The notes below the pieces were generated by a model. The model was not told the DNA's origin, ran no database searches, and worked only from the letters and a program-made list of their open reading frames with translations. A program made the position numbers and the translations under genes. 64,000 nt of DNA from Eledone cirrhosa (lineage: Eukaryota). The stretch spans positions 386,694,001-386,758,000 of the forward strand of contig OZ024740.1 in the NCBI GenBank assembly GCA_964016885.1, given 5' to 3'. Of the stretch, positions 55,841-64,000 are shown piece by piece (within the stretch, counting starts at the first letter, position 1; each line of letters opens with the position of its first letter).

Positions 55841-58320
55841 CTATAAAAAAAGAAATACAATATGTAATGATTTAGCAGGAAATATCTTAAAATTTAAATG
55901 TTTATAATATTTTTACTAGTGGACAGATCATTGTGAAAATTTGGAGTATTATCTCCTAACATCCTGTAATCATTTAGCAGAAAATATCTAAAATTAGTTA
56001 GTTAATTCAAATATTTATAGTATCTTTAAAGCAAAGTCTATTTGTGGAAGAAAAGACAAACACAGCAAGTACAAGATTTCTAGTTTATTGTATATAGCTT
56101 TACGTCACCTCACAAAAGGAAAAAAATATGACTGGTTCAAATTGTAAATACAATTGATGATTAGTGTTCCACATGGCCTCATGTGGTGTGAGCAGTCACT
56201 TTTTTTAGCTTAAAAAGTAACAAATTGGTAGTAATGGATCAGTTGTGTTATCACAGAATAAGTAGTAGTAGTAGTAAACCCTATGTGGCAAGCTGTGTTG
56301 TAAAACAGCAGACATGCAAGAGAATATGCGTTGCTAGGGCCAAATGACTGCTAGTTACTTTGCAGAAAACAGATAGCCTATAGAAAATATCCTCCTTTCA
56401 TATAGTTGGTGCTATCAGTCCTTCCACAAGGGAAATTCATCTATAGTGATCTCTTCAAGATTGTAGGTCAATCCTTTGGTGGTAGTGACCATCAGGGAAA
56501 CATTTCTTTTGCTACATCTTTACTAAAGGACAGCTTGTTGAGAAAATGCAGAATAAAGTAAAGTAACATACTGCTGTTTTATACTTTTCAAGAATGCCTT
56601 GCTAATGTGGTTTCATGTAGTATAGAATGTTAAGAGTTAAAATGGTATTTTCAAATAATAATCTTAGATAATTAAACAAATTAAATAATGCTAAAAATCT
56701 GTTTAAATACTGAATATTTTTATTCTCCAGATTGTTTTCCACTGTTTTTTAAATTTTGCTGAGTATGTTTAGATATATCCAAATAAATTGGTAGAACCAA
56801 TTGGGCCCCTATCATTAAAACACCCAAGAAATCTCTTATAAGATGCTACTTCACAAGAGGTCAGCTAAATCTACACAAGTGTGAGTTATAACAACAACAA
56901 CAACATCACTAAGTTTACTAGTATTTATCTTATTAACACACTGAGATTTAAAACAAAGTCAGCTCTAGTAAGATTTAACCTTTCATTAACATATTTCTAA
57001 TGAAAAACACTTACCTTGGAGGAATTTAGGAATATAGCTAACTTTCTCAATATTATGTTGGTGTTTGGAGCATAACTTAACGAAGGTTCTGCTTACATAA
57101 AATTATGATGGAAGGTTTTCAGATAAATAGAAAGACAAGACTTTAAAATAGATAGTTTTGTATTATAGAACTAGGGTTAGTTTCAGGAGGGGGGGGGGGG
57201 GGGGGTAATAAAAGGGTTAAACTCAAAACCTAGAAAAACTAAACAAAAAAATCCAAAGCACTCTACTTAGTAAAAATGGTTTCTTTTTTTATGCTCAAGG
57301 GAATTATGATTAAATCAGGACAAGTTATTTCTATGACTTGGACAAACTTTTCAAGAATGGTGGGATCAATACAGTTTCTGTTCTGCTTGAATATATGTTG
57401 GTGACAAATTGACAAATTTGTTAAAGCATAGTACAAAATGCATTGAAGTTCACATGCTTTGAAATCTCTCAGTTTAAATCCCACCAAGGTCAACTTTGTT
57501 TTTCATCCTTTAGGGGTTGATAAACTAAAGTACAAGTCCAAGGAAGACAGAGAACTGGTGGAATTATTAGAGCATCAGATGAGATACCTTGCAGTATTTG
57601 CTCTAGCTCTTTGTGTTCTGAGATCAAATACTGCTGTAGCCTACTTGGGTGATAACTTTAATTTCTCCCTCAGTTTAATACCACCACATGATCATTGGGT
57701 GCCTTTCAGCAGAATTCACTCTGTTGCAAACATTTGAACCAGGTTTGAGGATACCTTCTTCTCTTCCTCCTGCCAGTCTTAGAAGCCCTGAAAAAGATCA
57801 TAGACACTGTCCTTCCATCCTTTACTAAACAGTAAAAATAATTATCATCATCTAAAGGAAATATGTTGTTGGAGAGGGAATTCCAGAGAGTTGATGTCCT
57901 CAGAGGAAAGATTAAGAGATACATAGCAAAAAGTGAAGAGACAAGTGTGTCCGACTAGTCTTCTAGTCTTGGGTGGAGAAAGTATATAGCTAACTGGTCT
58001 AGAGGTGTAAATATTTGTAAATAAACAAATATAGTTGAAAGGATTGTCATCTTTAACCGTTTAGCATTTAACCCAGTCATATCCAGCCAGAATTCTTTCA
58101 CCTCTTTCTGTTAAAACCAGCCATAACTGGCAGCTCATACTGATGTTAGGGTATTATTCTCAAAACAAGTAACATCAAAATCTCATAAATTCAATATTAT
58201 GTAAGATAATTATCTGAGGTAAAGTCTTTACAGTGAAAAATAGTAGTATATATAGAGTAGTGTAAATGCTAAAGGATTAAAGGGATATTGATGAGTAAAA
58301 AAAATATGAAAGGGACTTAC

Positions 58321-58437
58321 CAATCGAGTGTTAATTACTGGGAAAAACAAAGCCAATGGAGCTCCTGACAGCATATACATGTGAAGTCTGAAGGTTGCCC
58401 ATGTCAACAAGCTGGGTGGTGCAGCTAGTAAATAAAT
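58321..58437 (-). CDS. TMEM164: TMEM164 coding exon (upstream exons not found in this window)
   Basis: ttttttcag/gtaagt boundaries, 117 nt; IYLLAAPPSLLTWATFRLHMYMLSGAPLALFFPVINTRL. Confidence 0.93.
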
Positions 58438-60546
58438 CTGAAAAAATTATGAGAAAAAACATTCTTGTAGTTTATCTACAGATATGTTATATGTGGTTGT
58501 ATAAAATGGAAATGAAAGGGTATTTTAACCATTAATGATCTAGTGGACTGCCATTAACTCTTAACGTCTAGTACAGCTTGAAACAACATTAGCAAGACAG
58601 CATTATGACTGCATCACATTAAAAATTAAAGTATTTTCTTTTACTCTAAATTTTTACTATGATCTATCTGTTCACTAGTAAAGATTCTATAAACATTTGG
58701 ATTAAAAATCTCGTTTTTAGATATTTTCTGCTAAATCATTACAGATTGTTAAGAGTTAAAGGTATTTTTTTTTTTTTTTTTTTCATGCTAATCTCAGGCA
58801 AGTCAGCCTCACAAAGTCCAGTCCTTTCCTCGCTATTAATGATAGCGTTGTTGTTTACCCCCCAGGTAATAATTTATCAAGCAGATCCATGATTAAAAGC
58901 ATTCTGGCTATGACCATCCCCTCTTTGTTTTGATACATAGTGTAGGATAACGTTTTGAAATGTGTCAATTGTTTTGTAAGGTGGTAGAATGTAATTTGAT
59001 GAAGATTTGGTTGTAATTTCTAGCAGATTAAACAACCATGTAAAGCCGTTTTTGTTGGCTTGGTGTGTGAGTTGTTGTTGTTGTTGTTGTTGTTGTTGGT
59101 GGTGGTTATAGGGGCAATGATGATGGCATTGATGGTAATAGTGGTTGAAATCCCAAATAAGATGAGCAAGTGAATTAAAATAGTTCACCTAAGAATTGAA
59201 CTGCTATTGTAAATATAGCTTGCTGGGAGTTCACCAATATTCTAGAAGCTAACAAATGCATAAATGGCATTTTAGAATTCAGTCAGTCATTTGGATTTCC
59301 AATCCTAGTTCTATCAGTTTCAGTTGTTCAGTCAACAGAATGGTTTGCTTGTTAAATTGACATGTAAATCACTGAGTATTCTGCAAACACATCTACCCTA
59401 AACAGTTCCAAACAGTTTATACCTATTCAATTTCAATCAGAAGGCTTGGATCAACCCATGGCTATGGTAGAAGACACTTGCCCAAGATGCCACACAGTGG
59501 AACCAAACCCATAACCTCATGATTGTGAAGCAAACTTTTTAACCATTCAGCTATGCCATGTCCATACTGTTTCTACATCCCAGAATAAGAGTTTCAGATT
59601 CTTTGCTCTTTCCAATATTAACTCTTTCATTAGCATATTTCTAATGAAATAATATAATCAAGAATATAGAGAGATTTAGTAAAATGACTTACTTTTTTGT
59701 TATTAAGCTGATGTTCAGAGGATAACAAAATGTTTCTTAAATACAATTCTGATGAAAGGTTTTAATATAAGTATGAACACTCCAAATGGAGCAGTTTTAT
59801 ATCATAAAAGCAGGGGCAATTTCAAACAGGTTGGTATCAAAAGGGTTAATAATATAGGCATATTGACACAAATTTGGTTTGGAAAATGGGTACAGTGAAT
59901 TATATCAACACTTGTGCTTGATCTGTACTTTATTTTATCAACACAGTAAGAAGAAAAGGCAAAGCTGCCAGATTTTCTATTCAGAATCTGATCTCTCTTT
60001 CCTTCTCAGCCACAAATATGTAGCTGCCATTGCTCTCCATAGTGCCACTCTATCATAATCTCATCCATGTTGAGGACACAACAATCACCTTAGTGTTGGG
60101 TCAATGATAAAATGCATCCAGTACACTCTGTAAAGTAGTTGTGCTGGTGACATGATAGAATACATCCAGTACACTTTGTAAAGTGGTAGTGTTGGTGCCA
60201 CGTTAAAATGCACCAAGTATACATTGGAAAATGGTAGTGCTAGTGCTATGATAGACTGCCCCCCAGTAAATTCTGTAAAGTAGTTGATATTAGGAAGGGC
60301 ATCCAGCTGCAGAAAATATGCCAAAATGCAATGCAAAACAGGGTTTTCTGACACATCTAGTCTCAGTCTGTGACAACCTATCCAACCCATGCAGCATGGA
60401 AAATGGACTTAAAATGATAATGATGATGATAATGAATCTAAAAGAATGTAACTAAATGCATAAGTCGGTTTGCTTGATTAGATCTGACATGGGGCTAAAC
60501 AATAACTACAATGACACACACACTCGAAAGTTACTACTTTCTCAGT

Positions 60547-60770
60547 GAAGGTGTGTGGCTTAGTGGTTAGAGTGTTGGGCTCACAATCTTGGGGCTATGA
60601 GTTTGATTCATGGACTGGGCAGCAAATTATGTCCTTCATCAAGACACTTTATTTCATGCTACTACAGTTCACTCAGCTAGAAAAAATGAGTTGTGACAAC
60701 ATTGGTGCCAAGCTGTGTCAGCCTTAGCCTTTTCCTTGGACAATATTGGTGGCACGGAGAGGGGAGACTG
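60547..60770 (+). mobile_element. tRNA-derived SINE
   Basis: A-box tggcttagtggttagag, degenerate B-box gagtttgattc, aagacactttatttca..cagttcactcagct core. Confidence 0.7.
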
Positions 60771-61494
60771 GCAGGTTTTCAACTAAAATACTACACCTAG
60801 GTTTGTGACTTGGAGAAAAACTGTCTAAGTGTAATGAGCAAAGGAGGCCTCCTCCCTCCTATGATGTCTCACTCAAACCTATTAGACATAACAATAGTTC
60901 CTTCTTGAATGACAAACGATTTGTAGATTGTCTTACTTGTAAAGTCGTTGCTTCTATATATGTTTCGTACTCACTATTGTAAACAATTTATATTAGATGA
61001 CAGGCATTCTCTAAACTATTCCTTTATTTATGAGGCAAGTCACTACAATATATAAATCTTCAGAATTCAGATTTGACATACATTACACACATACATATAT
61101 GCACACATACATGCATATATGCACACATACATGCATACACACACACATACATGCATGCACACATATACACATATACATACATAAATACATGTGTGTATAA
61201 AAAATCGTTAGTTATAAAATAGATTATTTTACTAAATCTCTTGATAGTCTTGATTAGTTTCAAAATTCAAAGGGATGGTTTTGTGATAAACTGTGTTATG
61301 CTGATTCTATTTGAGACTTGTGTTAAGAGTACATGTGTCACTGGAATATTCAAACAGATATGATTATAATACACAAAGGAAGTTCAGTTTATCAAATAGT
61401 TGGAATTTGCTGAATTTGTGAGTTCTATTGATCTGTCTAGATATCGTTCTCTCTTTTCTTTCTCTTTTTATAAATATATATATATATATATATA

Positions 61495-61920
61495 TTTCGT
61501 TTCTGAATTTGTTTAGCAAGATTCTTTATCTGAAAACGTGTGTTGAAACTGATATTGTTATACTTTGGGAGGGTCATGTTGCCAATAAGAAACACACGCA
61601 CCAGTTGCTTTCACTTCAATTTATTATAATAAATTTATATATTTAGGAATTTATAAATTTCCGGTTGGTTGGTTCCACAACCAGATGGTTGTTTATATAT
61701 TGTCAAAGTTCTTTCGTCACACATTCTGTGACCTCTTCAGTGACTGGGGATTCTTTTCTTTGTTTTTGTGCCTCTCCTTTGTTCTGTCCTACGCCATCTT
61801 GTTTCAACCAACCAACCGGAAATTTATAAGTTCCTAAATTTATAAATTTATTATAATAAATTGAAGTGAAAGCAACTGGTGCGTGTGTTTCTTATTGGCA
61901 ACATGACCCTCCCAAAGTAT

Positions 61921-61927
<7 letters not shown>
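61495..61927 (-). mobile_element. Solo inverted pLTR pair of the 28-30 kb PLE family, with HHR family F at 61702-61744
   Basis: 61553-61673 is inverted at 61806-61927; no coding sequence; flanked by (TA)n. Confidence 0.85.
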
Positions 61928-61973
<46 letters not shown>

Positions 61974-62024
61974 ATAAATAAGGGAGACGGTTTTATTCGT
62001 ACATCATCATTTTTTCACATAATT

Positions 62025-62093
62025 CTATTATACATATTTCAAAGATGTCAGAGTGGTTATATAATAACCCCCTGGCATGTTTTCATCAGATAG
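62025..62093 (-). ncRNA. Hammerhead ribozyme (family A-like core, different stem II)
   Basis: ctat-CTGATGA-aaacatgccagggggttat(tat)ataaccactctgacatcttt-GAAA-tatgta-TA-atag. Confidence 0.8.
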
Positions 62094-62844
62094 TGTCCGA
62101 CGTCTTTTCCTATCCATTGATATTTTACTGGTTTCTCGTGTTTACATCGCTGACCAGTACCCATGAACTGAATTATATATATATATATTCATTTTATTAA
62201 GGCTGAATAGCGAGTCTTATTACTCAACAAATTCCAAAGTAACAAGACTCATTATTCAGCCATAATAAAATGAATATATGTTTATATATATATATATATA
62301 TGTGTGGTTGACAGTGGAGAGAAAGGAGTATACTGAAGTAGAGTTTTAATATTCATTTTATTATGGCTGAATAATGAGTCTTGTTACTTTGGAATTTGTT
62401 GAGTAATAAGACTCGCTATTCAGCCTTAATAAAATGAATATTAAAAATCTACTTCAGTATACTCCTTTCTCTCCACTGTCAACCACACATACACACATCT
62501 ATATATATATATATAAACATATAAACATATACATACAGAGAGAGGGGGGGGGAGAAAGAGAGAGAATGTGAGAAAGAAAGAGAATGCGAGAAAGAGAAAG
62601 GGAAAAAGACAAACAAACATACAGATAAATGAATAGATAGATACAAATGAGATTACAAATGAAACAAAAGAGCACTCAACACATTCTGTAGAGTTTACAG
62701 CATCTGAATGACTAGGAGTATATTTTTCTCACTCCTGTGAGACTCGAAGTAATGTAATTCTGAGTCAAACTGATTATACAAAGAAATATGTGTGCATGTG
62801 TGTGTGTGAGTATGTATGTATTTGTATATTGTAAGAAAGAAAAT

Positions 62845-64000
62845 AAGGCAGCGGTCCCCTCCGGGAAGTGGCCATGCGCAGAGTGTAGGAAAGGCGTAGG
62901 TAGAAATTCCATTTTGTGTCCCAAATGCAAAGTTTGGGTGCATAAAAGATGTAGTGGGATCACATGTAAGCTAACTAAGAACATAGATTTTACATGTGGC
63001 CGGTGTTCTGGGGCAATAAGTAGCAGCAAGTGCCCACAAAATACTAGCTCTTTCAACTGCGCAGAGGGTTCTATAGAAATAGTGGACAGCTTCCGTTACC
63101 TGGGTGACAAAATCAGCAGTGGGGGAGGGTGCTCTGAAAGTACAGTAGCTAGAGTCAGAACTGGGTGGAAAAAGTTCAGAGAGCTTATACCACTATTAGC
63201 CGCTAAAGGGTTCTCCCTAAAAATGAAAGGCAGGTTGTACGATGCCTGCATACGAACAGCAATGTTGCATGGCAGTGAGACCTGGGCATTGTGTGCAGAG
63301 GATATACGCAGACTAGAGAGAAACGAAGCTTCCATGCTCCGCTGGATGTGTAATAGTAATATACGTGAACGACAAAGCATAAACGAACTAAGGAAAAAAT
63401 TAGAAATAAGAGGGATCAGATGTTGTTTACTAGAGAGAAGGCTACGTTGGTATGGTCACGTGATGCGCATGAAGGACGATAGCTGTATAACAAAGTGTAG
63501 GGCAATAAAGATAGACGGTAACCACGGAATAGGCAGACCCAGAAAAACCTGGGACGAGCTGATAAACTCCGACCTCACACACTTACACCTCACCAAGACA
63601 CTGGACCGAGACCTTTGGCGGTACTCAGTAATAGAGAAGACCCGCCTTACCTAAATACAAAGTAAAACCTACTACAGTCAGTAGGCATCTCTAACAAAAT
63701 ACACCCCCGTCCCACCACCCCCACCCCATCCACACCGCCCCCTTCTATGTAAAGTTATGTTGGTGCCACACCATCCAGGCCGAAACAAATGAGATCGTGT
63801 AGGTGTCACGACAAAAAAACACACAGTCCACGCTGTAATGTGGCTGTGTAGGCAACACGGTAAAAACCTCCCAGACCCACACTGTAAATGTGGTTGGTGT
63901 TAGGAAGGGCATCCAACTGTAGAAAACCTGCCAGACAGTCCTATGCGAGTAAGACAATCACTCTTGCCTCAAGTGGGAAAACCCCCGTCCAAACCCATGC
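62845..64000 (+). mobile_element. 5'-truncated RTE LINE with a Cys-rich insert (coding to stop 63654) and 3' UTR running off the window
   Basis: KWPC..CRKGVGRNSILC..C..WVHKRCSGI..C..C, then FRYLG..GSETW..RLRWYGHV..GRPRKTW. Confidence 0.92.

Noticed and set aside
60930-61050. NACHL string resembling the TMEM164 LNPCH exon
   Set aside because: Immediate stop codon and no further similarity; the true upstream exon is probably outside the window

Overview
This is eukaryotic, AT-rich animal DNA saturated with microsatellites. The SINE/RTE families and the IL-17-like gene suggest a cephalopod such as Octopus (inference). Host genes, all on the minus strand: (1) a two-coding-exon secreted IL-17-like cytokine gene (10185..10156 + 2008..1631) with a TATA-box promoter; (2) the last four coding exons of TMEM164 (58437..41102); (3) a candidate 60-aa two-TM microprotein ORF inside a TMEM164 intron. 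The rest is mostly mobile DNA: four Penelope-like retroelements (PLEs; RT + GIY-YIG) of different families, a GC-rich CRE-like RLE non-LTR fragment, RTE LINEs, Helitrons, hAT and piggyBac-type MITEs, and SINEs. The most striking signal is about 20 type I hammerhead ribozyme (HHR) motifs from about 12 sequence families, read by eye. They lie in PLE pseudo-LTRs and in small non-coding inverted or tandem derivatives, usually embedded in (TA)n. They include natural core variants (U3-A8 covariation, U4A), and several are followed by a shared TTGAGYRCT motif. Most ORFs in the supplied track are microsatellite artefacts. All structures were read manually and none was folded or searched computationally.
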